From: an uncultured Candidatus Saccharibacteria bacterium
Lineage (GTDB): Bacteria; Patescibacteriota; Minisyncoccia; Phycocordibacterales; UBA918
Assembly: GCA_964643955.1 (NCBI GenBank)
Contig: CAZXUO010000003.1
Span: 19,865-83,864 of the forward strand
Direction of reading: 5' to 3'
DNA: 64,000 bases
The translations under genes were made by a program, and so were the position numbers. Numbering within the stretch: the stretch's first letter is position 1; every line of letters begins with the position of its first letter. Below the pieces are notes generated by a model, which worked only from the letters and a program-made list of their open reading frames with translations, was not told the origin of the DNA and searched no databases. Shown here piece by piece: positions 10,018 through 18,391 of the stretch.

Positions 10018-10088
10018 TGCGGGATCGTCTAATGGTAGGACACTGGGTTTTGGTCCCAGGTATCTAGGTTCGAGTCCTAGTCCCGCAG
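10018..10088 (+). tRNA. tRNA-Gln(TTG), anchor of an accessory island
   Basis: TGCGGGA/TCCCGCA acceptor; CTGGG-TTTTGGT-CCCAG; GGTTCGAGTCC. Confidence 0.95.
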
Positions 10089-10168
10089 CAGTCATGTGAG
10101 ATAGACTGAGACACCTAAACCAGTCATATTTCTCAAAGTATTTTTTGAACGAGTCATGGACACGAACC
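10085..10168 (+). repeat. 84-bp direct repeat, copy A (overlaps the tRNA 3' end)
   Basis: 80/84 identical to 12475-12558. Confidence 0.95.
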
Positions 10169-10327
10169 CTCATTATTTTCCTTGAAATTAAAACATCCAT
10201 ATTTCAAGGCGTTCTCTAGGTTCGTGCCCTAGAGACTTTTTATCTTGCGACAGAAGCGATCCGTTTATCCGATAAATTTGAATTATTTTATTTATCGCGT
10301 CCATACTTCTGTTACAATTATTCGGTC

Positions 10328-12412
10328 ATGGAACTTTTTTCATACATGGGGCTGCACACAGCCTATCTATTTATCTTTTCGATTGGGCTAGCGCTTGGCA
10401 TTGGCGCGTCAGCTCTGAGTTACGCACTCTTTCTATTTGCAGGGCGAGACGGGCGCATATCGAAGGATGAGTTGGCTCTACTTTCGCTTTCTCGCAAGAC
10501 GGTATGGACTGCGTTTCTTTTGTATGGATTTAGTGGTATAGGGCTTTTCTCGCTCGCCTATGAATCAATGCTCTCTCTCGGCATCTTTTACGCAAGTATG
10601 ACGGTCGCGGCAATTCTTGTCGCGACCGAGCTTGCGTTTAGCTTCCGACATTTACCACGCGTACGGGATACGCGAGATGGAAGCGTGGCTCTTGATGCGT
10701 TCCTTCTCGAGAGCGGAGTCATCTCTGTCATTTCGTGGGTATTTCTTATGTTCCATCACGTAATCTATCGGACCGACATTGGCTATTTTGCGTTCATGGC
10801 TCTCTACACGGGCGCGCTTGCATTCGGGATGCTTGTTACGTGGGTAATCAGGCGCACGTCCATTCGTAGAAGCGATACGAAGATACTGAAGCGATCCATG
10901 ATTGCCGCGATTATGCTCGCGATCTGCTTTGGTGCCGCGTGGTTATTGGGTATCAGTACAATTGTCGATCCAGCGCAGATTGGAAAGGGTATCGTGCAGA
11001 ATGTAACTGGTACGAATTATACTGTTGACGACGTAGCACTCCACAACAACTCAGAGGACTGCTGGCTCATTATTGACGGCAAGGTATTCAATGCGACCGA
11101 GGCTTCAAAGCTGCACCCAGCCATGTTTGCGTGTGGTACTGATGTGAGCCTTAATTACCACAAGAATCACGGAGAGATTATTCGTGACAAGATGATGAAG
11201 TTCTATATCGGTGAACTTGGGGACGAGACCGGTGTTAAAAATGTTGACATTCCCTTTAAAAAACATGAGAACTTGAAGCCCTATCGCGAGCTGTATGCAA
11301 AGGAAGGTACGTGGGATCCCCATAATCTGATGCTCGTTGTTGAGAAAGATGAGGAAAAGCTCTTGGCGATAGATGGGTCGACGCATGAACTAGTCGGCCG
11401 GATCCATGAAGTTGGATTTCAGCCGCACACCTCGGTTTTCTCGTCGGATGCCGTATACATGTTCATCATCTCTCGCGACGGCTGGCTCACTAAGATCGAC
11501 CTTCGAACGCTCGAGCTGGTACGGACGGTGCATGTTGGGGAGAACTCGCGCGGCACCGCTCTTACGGATAATGACAAGTACGTCGCAATTGGAAACTACG
11601 CTCCGGGCAACCTGGTCATTCTCGACGCTGACACTATGGAGATGAAAAAGACTATACCCCTTGTCGAAGAGGTGAATGGAAAGGCCATTGAATCGCGCGC
11701 GGGCGCAGTCGTAGAGGATGGCAATCGCATTATCGTAGCACTAAAAGACGCTACGAGTGTCTGGGCGATTGATACAGACAATCCAGATTTCCCCGTCACA
11801 CATAAATTTAGAGACATTGGAGATAATGTCCCCGCACTGCACGATGCGTTTCTAACGCCAGGAGGATCGCACTACATAGTCGCCTCCCAAGGATCAAAGA
11901 CTGCATGGGTTCTCGATCTTGCGACTATGAAGCCGATTGCTGAAGTGGAGACTGGAGAGACGCCGCACACGGGTCCTGGAGCCGCGTGGGGTAACTACAT
12001 CTACATTCCTTCGCTTGGAGAAGGTCTCATCACCGTCATTGATACGACTACCTGGAAGACAGCCAAGTACATAAAGACAGGTGGCCCGGGGTTATTTGTG
12101 CGCAGCTACAGCAAGGATCCGTCGTATCCGTATGTATGGGCAGATACAGCATTTGGCGACCGCAAGGATGAGATATACGTTATCGATGGGCGAGTGAATG
12201 AGATAGTAAAGACCATCATTCCCGTGAAGGGAGAGAGCTCATGGCACCCAGAATTTACGTACGATGGAAAATTCGTGTACGTTGTCTCACCTTCGGCAAA
12301 TGAAGTTGAAGTATATGATGCGTACACGTTTGAGTTGATAAAACGCATTCCATCACAGATGCCATCAGCTATATCGAATGTGGGCCTTCGTATTGAGGAG
12401 CCGGGACTCTAA
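10328..12412 (+). CDS. Membrane-anchored cytochrome b5 + cytochrome d1-type beta-propeller (NirS/NirN-like) fusion
   Basis: About 5-6 N-terminal TM helices; b5 motif YTVDDVALHNNSEDCWLIIDGKVF..HP..CGTD..HG; d1 motifs GFQPHTS..SRDG, LHDA, TPHTGPG, GPGLFVRS, HPEFT; no CxxCH. Confidence 0.8.
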   Translation: MELFSYMGLHTAYLFIFSIGLALGIGASALSYALFLFAGRDGRISKDELALLSLSRKTVWTAFLLYGFSGIGLFSLAYESMLSLGIFYASMTVAAILVATELAFSFRHLPRVRDTRDGSVALDAFLLESGVISVISWVFLMFHHVIYRTDIGYFAFMALYTGALAFGMLVTWVIRRTSIRRSDTKILKRSMIAAIMLAICFGAAWLLGISTIVDPAQIGKGIVQNVTGTNYTVDDVALHNNSEDCWLIIDGKVFNATEASKLHPAMFACGTDVSLNYHKNHGEIIRDKMMKFYIGELGDETGVKNVDIPFKKHENLKPYRELYAKEGTWDPHNLMLVVEKDEEKLLAIDGSTHELVGRIHEVGFQPHTSVFSSDAVYMFIISRDGWLTKIDLRTLELVRTVHVGENSRGTALTDNDKYVAIGNYAPGNLVILDADTMEMKKTIPLVEEVNGKAIESRAGAVVEDGNRIIVALKDATSVWAIDTDNPDFPVTHKFRDIGDNVPALHDAFLTPGGSHYIVASQGSKTAWVLDLATMKPIAEVETGETPHTGPGAAWGNYIYIPSLGEGLITVIDTTTWKTAKYIKTGGPGLFVRSYSKDPSYPYVWADTAFGDRKDEIYVIDGRVNEIVKTIIPVKGESSWHPEFTYDGKFVYVVSPSANEVEVYDAYTFELIKRIPSQMPSAISNVGLRIEEPGL

Positions 12413-12474
12413 TTTAAGCACTGAACTATTTTGCGTTTCGGTTCTAGACCGAGACGGTTTCGAGTCCCTGTCGG

Positions 12475-12558
12475 GCAGCAGTCATGTGAGATAGACTGAG
12501 ACGCCTAAATCAGTCATATTTCTCAAAGTATTTTTTGAACGAGTCATGGGCTCGAACC
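12475..12558 (+). repeat. 84-bp direct repeat, copy B
   Basis: Matches copy A; preceded by the tRNA T-arm-like GGTTTCGAGTCCC. Confidence 0.95.
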
Positions 12559-12606
12559 GTCTCGGGAGGGTGTCCTAGACGGGTCGTAAAATGATACGAT
12601 GTAGTT

Positions 12607-13638
12607 ATGCAAAAGCTTTCTAAATTATCAAAGGGAGACAAAGTGGCGATTCTTTCGCCAAGCTTTGCTGCGCCGGGTCGTTTCCCTGAAGTCTACAAAC
12701 TCGGATTGGAACGATTGCAGCAGGTTTTCGGACTCGTACCAGTTGAGTATCCAACTACAGCGAAACTCGGGGCTTCCGCTGAAGATAGAACCGCTGATCT
12801 CATTGAGGCTTTCGAAGACCCAGAAATCAAAGCCGTGATCGCAACTATTGGCGGCAACGACCAAGTTACCTATGTAAAAAATCTTCCACCAGAACCTTTC
12901 GTACAGAATCCAAAGTCTTTCTTTGGCTATAGTGACAACTCGCACCTTGCAAACTTCCTCTTCTTGAACGGCATTCCGTCATACTACGGCGGTTCAATTT
13001 TCACTCAATACGCTATGCAGGGTGAAATGGATGACTTTACTGTCGAATATCTTAAGCATGCTCTCTTTGACGAAGGAGAATTTGAACTCAAGGCATCCGA
13101 AACATACAACGACATGGGATTGAGTTGGGATGATTCTTCACTTCTTAAAACCAAGCGTCAGCACTGGCCGAACGAAGGCATGGTCTGGGACGGATCAGTT
13201 AATACCGAAGGATTGCTTTGGGGTGGCTGTGTTGAATCGGTCGATGAGATGTTACGTCATGGAGTGCCGATTCCGAGCCTCGAACAGTTTGAGAAAATCG
13301 TGTTAATGCTTGAGACCTCTGAAGAGATACCAAGTGCGGACTACGTATTCCGCGTTATGCGTGCGCTAGGTGAGCGCGGCATACTGGGACGGGTTCAAGG
13401 TGTCCTGATAGGACGAGCGAAAGCTTGGGAATTCGATAAGCCCAATTCATCAGAAGCAAAGACGGCGTACTGCAAAGAACAGCAGGAGACAATTCTTAAG
13501 GCAGTACGTTCGTATAACAAGACTGTTCCAGTGCTTCAGAACATGAATTTCGGACATACTGATCCTCAAATACCAATGCCGTACGGCGGTAAAGTACGAA
13601 TTGAGGGCGTAAATAAAAGGATCTTTTCCAGTTTCTAA
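12607..13638 (+). CDS. S66 family peptidase (LD-carboxypeptidase / MccF-like)
   Basis: TIGGND, FFGYSDNS (Ser), LETSEE (Glu), FGHTDPQ (His). Confidence 0.9.
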   Translation: MQKLSKLSKGDKVAILSPSFAAPGRFPEVYKLGLERLQQVFGLVPVEYPTTAKLGASAEDRTADLIEAFEDPEIKAVIATIGGNDQVTYVKNLPPEPFVQNPKSFFGYSDNSHLANFLFLNGIPSYYGGSIFTQYAMQGEMDDFTVEYLKHALFDEGEFELKASETYNDMGLSWDDSSLLKTKRQHWPNEGMVWDGSVNTEGLLWGGCVESVDEMLRHGVPIPSLEQFEKIVLMLETSEEIPSADYVFRVMRALGERGILGRVQGVLIGRAKAWEFDKPNSSEAKTAYCKEQQETILKAVRSYNKTVPVLQNMNFGHTDPQIPMPYGGKVRIEGVNKRIFSSF

Positions 13639-13684
13639 GTCGCACCAGTCATGTGCGACCGAGAAGGTTCTAGACCGAAGAACA

Positions 13685-13757
13685 CAGCAGCCATGTGAGA
13701 CCGACCGAGACGCTGATTATCGAGGATAGTAGTTCGCACCAGTCATGGGCACGAACT
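13685..13757 (+). repeat. Degenerate repeat copy C
   Basis: CAGCAGCCATGTGAGACCGACCGAGACGC (25/29 vs copy B), AGTCATGGGCACGAAC end, upstream GGTTCTAGACCGA shared with B. Confidence 0.75.
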
Positions 13758-13828
13758 TGTCCAGAATCAGCATTCGGAGTCTCCAGGTACTATTCCGAAA
13801 ATCGCATACCCGGTGAGTCCAGTATCCA

Positions 13829-13864
13829 GACAGAAAAACCACCTGCATGGGTGGTTTTTCTGTC
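13829..13864. terminator. Bidirectional terminator
   Basis: GACAGAAAAACCACC-TGCATG-GGTGGTTTTTCTGTC between convergent genes. Confidence 0.8.
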
Positions 13865-13898
13865 CCGCTTGCGAATCCCTAACAGGGGGCGTCCTGTA

Positions 13899-14429
13899 CT
13901 AACAGGTTCTGCTAACGACACGCTGCGCGCCTGCACGCTTCTGCAACATGGCGAACACCCACTCAAATACTCCCAGAAGAGAAGCTGCGTAAAATAAGTC
14001 CCCGATAAACATATTTCTTAGAAACGGCAGACCGGCGACATAGGAAGCGATAAGGCCTTCAAGCGTCGGCGGATACCACGAAGAAGCAGCCCATACGGCA
14101 AAGTTCGTCACGAGGAAGAAGAGTATGGAGGAAGCCATGACAAGAAGCATGACCGTCGCGGGTCGCGTTCCTCGGGCGAGGATACCCACACCGCCAATCA
14201 CTGCAATGGATCCGTAGACGCTTAAGAGCACCTTCCAATCGTAGAATCCGATGACCAAATCTGCAGCGACCATTACGATAAGAGGAATGGCGATGGCCCA
14301 TAGAGGCCCGACATATTTTCCCGCAGCAAATGCGATTGCGGTCACGGGGGTTGTGTTAGGTGGGTGCGGCGCAAGCCGTCCGAGAAGGCCGACCCCTATA
14401 AGTCCTAGAATAGAGAGGAATGTCTTCAT
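13899..14429 (-). CDS. DUF6580-like putative ECF S-component (probable cobalamin transporter)
   Basis: RLAPHPPNTTPVTAIAF, DLVIGFY, LFFLVTNF, YVAGLPF; context with pduO and nrdJ. Confidence 0.7.
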   Translation of the reverse strand: MKTFLSILGLIGVGLLGRLAPHPPNTTPVTAIAFAAGKYVGPLWAIAIPLIVMVAADLVIGFYDWKVLLSVYGSIAVIGGVGILARGTRPATVMLLVMASSILFFLVTNFAVWAASSWYPPTLEGLIASYVAGLPFLRNMFIGDLFYAASLLGVFEWVFAMLQKRAGAQRVVSRTC

Positions 14430-14430
14430 A

Positions 14431-15072
14431 CTAGAATCCCTTGAATTCCCAGACCACTGCCTTTCCGTCTGTAAGTTCGTACTGGTCTGCCCCGACCATC
14501 GGCGTTTCTCCATCCACCTGATACTGCCAGTAGTTCCCGTCGGTACCGTTTACAAGTCCGCCCATCGCGGTCACCAATATCCCCATATCTCCGTAGTCCT
14601 CGGTCGCAAGGTCAAGGTCCGGGTCAGTTGCATCGAGGCGTGTCAGAAGTTCAAGCACAGTTTCGCCGCTCTCGATTGGCGTGGTCGTTGCTTCGTATAC
14701 GCCTTCGATGGTGAGTGTTACGGTGTCGACCTCCTCTTCTTCCGTTTCGGTTTCGTTCGTGTACGTATTGTTCGTGACGTAATACGTGCGCGAAGTACGT
14801 GAACTCTCGTTGGATGTTTGGGCTGGCGCAGACTCCGTTGTAGCAAGCGTAGAGGTAGCAATTATCACATTGACTGTGATGACTGGTGGTGCTAGTTGGG
14901 GGGACGAGTTCTCAATGATAATTGGAGCGGTTGAGGGCGTTGACGTTGAAGTTACAAACACTTGAATGGGTGGTGTCTGTACGTCCGCTCTCGTACCGTT
15001 GCCATAGGTGAAGAGAAGTCCCACGACAAGAGTGAAGACTGAGAATACTGCGAGCCATGTGTAATCTTTCAT
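14431..15072 (-). CDS. Membrane-anchored DUF4430 (transcobalamin-like C-terminal) putative B12-binding protein
   Basis: N-terminal TM, Ser/Thr stalk, YGDMGILVTAMGG...YWQYQVDG...VGADQY. Confidence 0.75.
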   Translation of the reverse strand: MKDYTWLAVFSVFTLVVGLLFTYGNGTRADVQTPPIQVFVTSTSTPSTAPIIIENSSPQLAPPVITVNVIIATSTLATTESAPAQTSNESSRTSRTYYVTNNTYTNETETEEEEVDTVTLTIEGVYEATTTPIESGETVLELLTRLDATDPDLDLATEDYGDMGILVTAMGGLVNGTDGNYWQYQVDGETPMVGADQYELTDGKAVVWEFKGF

Positions 15073-15090
15073 AAAGAGTGCGCTAGGGTG

Positions 15091-15612
15091 CTAATAAGTA
15101 GGCGACTTCTCTGCGTTTCCGCTTGTCTGCGCATCACGCCGCGCAAGCGCATAGAAGAAACTTGAGAGCCGATTGAGGAATGCGTTGAGCTCGATTGAAT
15201 CTTCTAGGCGTGCCCGCACGACTGCGCGTTCGGTTCGCCGCGTCACGGTTCGGGCGAAATCAAAGAGGGCTGAAAGCATGGTCGCGCCAGGGACGACAAA
15301 TGATGTTGGCTTCTCTATGGTCGTTTCGATAGAGTCGATGACGGTCTCAAGTGCGTTTACATGCGTATTCGTCACTCGCATCGTCGAACCGGCAAGCTGC
15401 GCTTGCGCGATGAAAAGAACTTCCTGTACCTGCTCTAGTTCATCCGCAGTTTCCTTATGGTCTTCGCGTACATATGCTTTGCAGAGCCCGGTGAGTGAAT
15501 TGAGCTCGTCGATGCTACCTAAAGCTTCAAACAAGGGGTGGTCCTTCGAAACACGCTCCTTAGTTCCAAAGAGTCCTGATGTACCGTTATCTCCTTTGCG
15601 GGTGTACAACAT
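15091..15612 (-). CDS. pduO: ATP:cob(I)alamin adenosyltransferase, PduO type
   Basis: YTRKGDNGTSGL, GSIDELNS, RRTER, LNRLSS. Confidence 0.92.
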   Translation of the reverse strand: MLYTRKGDNGTSGLFGTKERVSKDHPLFEALGSIDELNSLTGLCKAYVREDHKETADELEQVQEVLFIAQAQLAGSTMRVTNTHVNALETVIDSIETTIEKPTSFVVPGATMLSALFDFARTVTRRTERAVVRARLEDSIELNAFLNRLSSFFYALARRDAQTSGNAEKSPTY

Positions 15613-15616
15613 ATTT

Positions 15617-17956
15617 TTACTGTGTTGCGGCTGCTTCTAACGATTCGACAGGTAGCGTCATATCGACCTCGCATGTACCGCCAGCACAGGCTAGCTCGCG
15701 CTTTTGTTCCGTTTCGTCCGCATGTTCATACACGAGTAACTTCGAGTAATCAACAGCAGGTATTTTTTTTGCCATTTCCTCGTACTGTTCTTTAGTAATC
15801 GTCTCGTACGGTGCAAGTCGATAGACATGATCGAAGCGCGGTAGGAACGAAAGCCCGCCGATGATATCCCAATTCTTTTGCACCCAGTCAACAACGCTAA
15901 TCCACTCATCTTCTCCGACTGATATCGTCGCAGATGGATTGTGCTCTGTGTAATTGAGTTTGACCGTTTTCCAGTATTCGAGTTGTTCGAGCGCTGAGAA
16001 GTCGTCCTTGAATCTAGCGTTTCCTGGAGACTCAATCGGGAATTCTAAGACAAAAGTCGTCGCGTTCTCTTCTGTCTGGCCGACTTCCGGATGGTAGGGA
16101 ACTCCTTGATCTTTCAGCATTTTGAATAGAGAGTCGGTTGCTGATATGCGCACGCGCCGAATGTAATATTTTGCATGACGCGGATGAATACCAGAAGAGC
16201 AGTTGAATGTTTGCGAGACTGTTCCCGAGGGTTTTACAGCAGTAACTGAGAGGGATGGCTTAATCCCAAAACGTTTCGCATACACCTCATTGGTTCTGAC
16301 AGCTATGTCGCGCATTGCCTGCATTGCCTCGGGATTGCGTGCTGTCTCGGAATCCCACTGTCCCGTTACGGAAACTCCTAAAAGACGTTCCTCTTCGCAA
16401 TGTTCCGTCCAATCCTTGGAGATGTAGTTAAAGCGTGACAAAGAAGACTGATATGTACCAAGAAGCGATGCCAACCGGGCCTTTCGCACCAAGCTCTCAA
16501 GAGTGTCATCTTCGCGAGCGATAATTTCCGATAGATTACAGAACTGTTTCGATTGCAGAATAATCTCGCCGCATGGGTTAGTGCCTATAGGCCCCTGCAC
16601 CACACCATCTTCGCCGATGAATCCAACACTTTTGAAATACTTTTCACGTCGCTTCGGTAATGTATTTGCAAGCGATCCACGATTAAAGATTCCTCGTTCA
16701 CCAGATCCGCTTTTCATCAGGGCGACCCACTCTTCCATGAGTTCATTACTCGTCGGTCTCGTTCCATACACAGCTGAATTGTTCGCAACAGAACGATGCG
16801 GTTCCGCGAGGAAGAACTGGCCCTTTTTTGCATCACGCATATCAACGTCATCGAGGTCGGAGAGGCTGATCATGGCAGTTCGCCGCACGCCTCCCGACAC
16901 AACGCACTCGCCGATTTTGCATACGATGTCGTGGACATCAATCGGGCGCAGTCGTCTGCCTTGTCGTCTCAATATCTTTTCGCGTGCAAAAGCGAGAAGC
17001 GACTGAAGCGGTTCCGGTCCGGATGCTTTGCCTCCCATTGTTTTCAAACGTGCACCTGCCGGACGAATAAGGGAAAAATCAAAATTTATATCATTTCCTG
17101 CGTACCAAGTTTTGAGTCCAAGTGTTAGCGCGTCGCACCATCCCTCTTTGGAATCTGCTACGGCATGGGTCGGTAACTTTTTCTTTTGAGACTGTTTCTG
17201 TATTTGAGGCAGCTGTTCTATATTCTGGCTTTCAACTGCGAACCCAACACCGCATCCTTGCATGGAAAGATACATAATCTCCGCGAAGTCTTGGAGAGCT
17301 GCCGGAGCAATAAATGTGCAGTTATAGGCGCAAGTATTACAGCGACGCGCAGGTTCGCCCGCAAACTGCATCAGGCGCATTGAAGGCATGACCTCTTGCT
17401 TGAGAATTGCTTCACGCACTTCTGTGTACTCTTCTTCAGAGAGCTTATCGCCAAGATTCTCGCGCATAAACGCTACATAACGATCCACCGTCTCAACCCA
17501 TGTCTCGCGTCGCTTTTCGGCATCAATCCAGCGAGCATACGTGCGCAGGTAGACAAATTCACCCAGAGGGTTTCCTGCAAAGTATTTTTTGCTTTCCGCA
17601 GTCAAAGCACGAACATGATCTGGCACTTCACCTATTTCAAACCGCTTCTCTGCGCGCTCAGCACGGTACAAAATATATGCCTTTGCTGATTTAAGAAAGC
17701 CAAGCATCATAAGTTCTGTTTCTACTTCGTCCTGCACACCTTCAACGGTAGGGACAAAGTGCTCGTCGGCGCGTTTCTTTGCTTCGAGTTTCTTTTCAAC
17801 TGCACGAGCAACCGTCTTCATGGCGCTTTCCTCAAATTCACCAACTGATCTCATTGCTTTACTGATTGCAACTGCGATCTTCTCCCTCTCAAAGGGAACA
17901 GTGGTACCATTTCGCTTTATAATGCAGGTAATTTTGGGGAAAGTGGTTTGCGACAT
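15617..17956 (-). CDS. nrdJ: Class II (AdoCbl-dependent) ribonucleotide reductase with N-terminal ATP cone
   Basis: IIKRNG ATP cone, NCTF, GGVRRTAMISL, TNPCGEI, VKPSGTVS, C-terminal CAGGTC. Confidence 0.93.
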   Translation of the reverse strand: MSQTTFPKITCIIKRNGTTVPFEREKIAVAISKAMRSVGEFEESAMKTVARAVEKKLEAKKRADEHFVPTVEGVQDEVETELMMLGFLKSAKAYILYRAERAEKRFEIGEVPDHVRALTAESKKYFAGNPLGEFVYLRTYARWIDAEKRRETWVETVDRYVAFMRENLGDKLSEEEYTEVREAILKQEVMPSMRLMQFAGEPARRCNTCAYNCTFIAPAALQDFAEIMYLSMQGCGVGFAVESQNIEQLPQIQKQSQKKKLPTHAVADSKEGWCDALTLGLKTWYAGNDINFDFSLIRPAGARLKTMGGKASGPEPLQSLLAFAREKILRRQGRRLRPIDVHDIVCKIGECVVSGGVRRTAMISLSDLDDVDMRDAKKGQFFLAEPHRSVANNSAVYGTRPTSNELMEEWVALMKSGSGERGIFNRGSLANTLPKRREKYFKSVGFIGEDGVVQGPIGTNPCGEIILQSKQFCNLSEIIAREDDTLESLVRKARLASLLGTYQSSLSRFNYISKDWTEHCEEERLLGVSVTGQWDSETARNPEAMQAMRDIAVRTNEVYAKRFGIKPSLSVTAVKPSGTVSQTFNCSSGIHPRHAKYYIRRVRISATDSLFKMLKDQGVPYHPEVGQTEENATTFVLEFPIESPGNARFKDDFSALEQLEYWKTVKLNYTEHNPSATISVGEDEWISVVDWVQKNWDIIGGLSFLPRFDHVYRLAPYETITKEQYEEMAKKIPAVDYSKLLVYEHADETEQKRELACAGGTCEVDMTLPVESLEAAATQ

Positions 17957-17973
17957 ATCGATGAATACGTTAT

Positions 17974-18015
17974 ATTGATAATGGTCTATGTATTATAATA
18001 TAGATGAGTATCTAT
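17974..18015. promoter_or_regulatory. Two ATwGAT-N4-rTCTAT operator-like palindromes in the divergent nrdJ/arsR promoter
   Basis: ATTGAT-AATG-GTCTAT (17974-17989) and ATAGAT-GAGT-ATCTAT (18000-18015) flank TATAAT. Confidence 0.5.
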
Positions 18016-18385
18016 GAATAAGAAAAAGTTGGGGAAAACGAATACTATTAAGCAGGGCGACACGAAAAATTCGGGCCGTACATACCCTCGCCCGTCGTGG
18101 GTGCCTAAAACCGTTTTAGGCGAGGAAGAACTGTGCCCTGATTGCTTTAAGGTTGTCGGAGAGAGAAGCCGCTATAATCTTGTGTGTACGTTGGGTAAGA
18201 ATGCAGAGGGTATGACGGTTGGCGAATTGACTGAAACCATGAAGTTGCGTCAGCCTACGGTTACGCATCATTTGCAAGTTCTTCGTTCCGTCGATGCTGT
18301 TGAGATGGAACCGCGAGGTCGGGAACGTATTTACAAACTTAATCGAGGAGCGCACTGCTTCGAAGAGTGTAAAATCCCTTATTAA
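18014..18385 (+). CDS. ArsR/SmtB family regulator, Cys-rich
   Basis: MTVGEL...QPTVTHHLQVL...RGRERIY; CPDC and CFEEC. Confidence 0.88.
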   Translation: MNKKKLGKTNTIKQGDTKNSGRTYPRPSWVPKTVLGEEELCPDCFKVVGERSRYNLVCTLGKNAEGMTVGELTETMKLRQPTVTHHLQVLRSVDAVEMEPRGRERIYKLNRGAHCFEECKIPY

Positions 18386-18391
18386 CATTCT

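Noticed and set aside
9595-10200. 201-aa minus-strand ORF
   Set aside because: Runs antisense through tRNA-Gln and pyrG
12450-12480. Additional tRNA gene
   Set aside because: Only a T-arm / 3'-end-like fragment; no D or anticodon arm
10085-13757. CRISPR array
   Set aside because: Repeats are about 84 bp and separated by whole genes; no cas genes in the window
17957-18013. Cobalamin riboswitch or NrdR box upstream of nrdJ
   Set aside because: Gap is 57 bp and AT-rich, with no B12 box or convincing NrdR consensus
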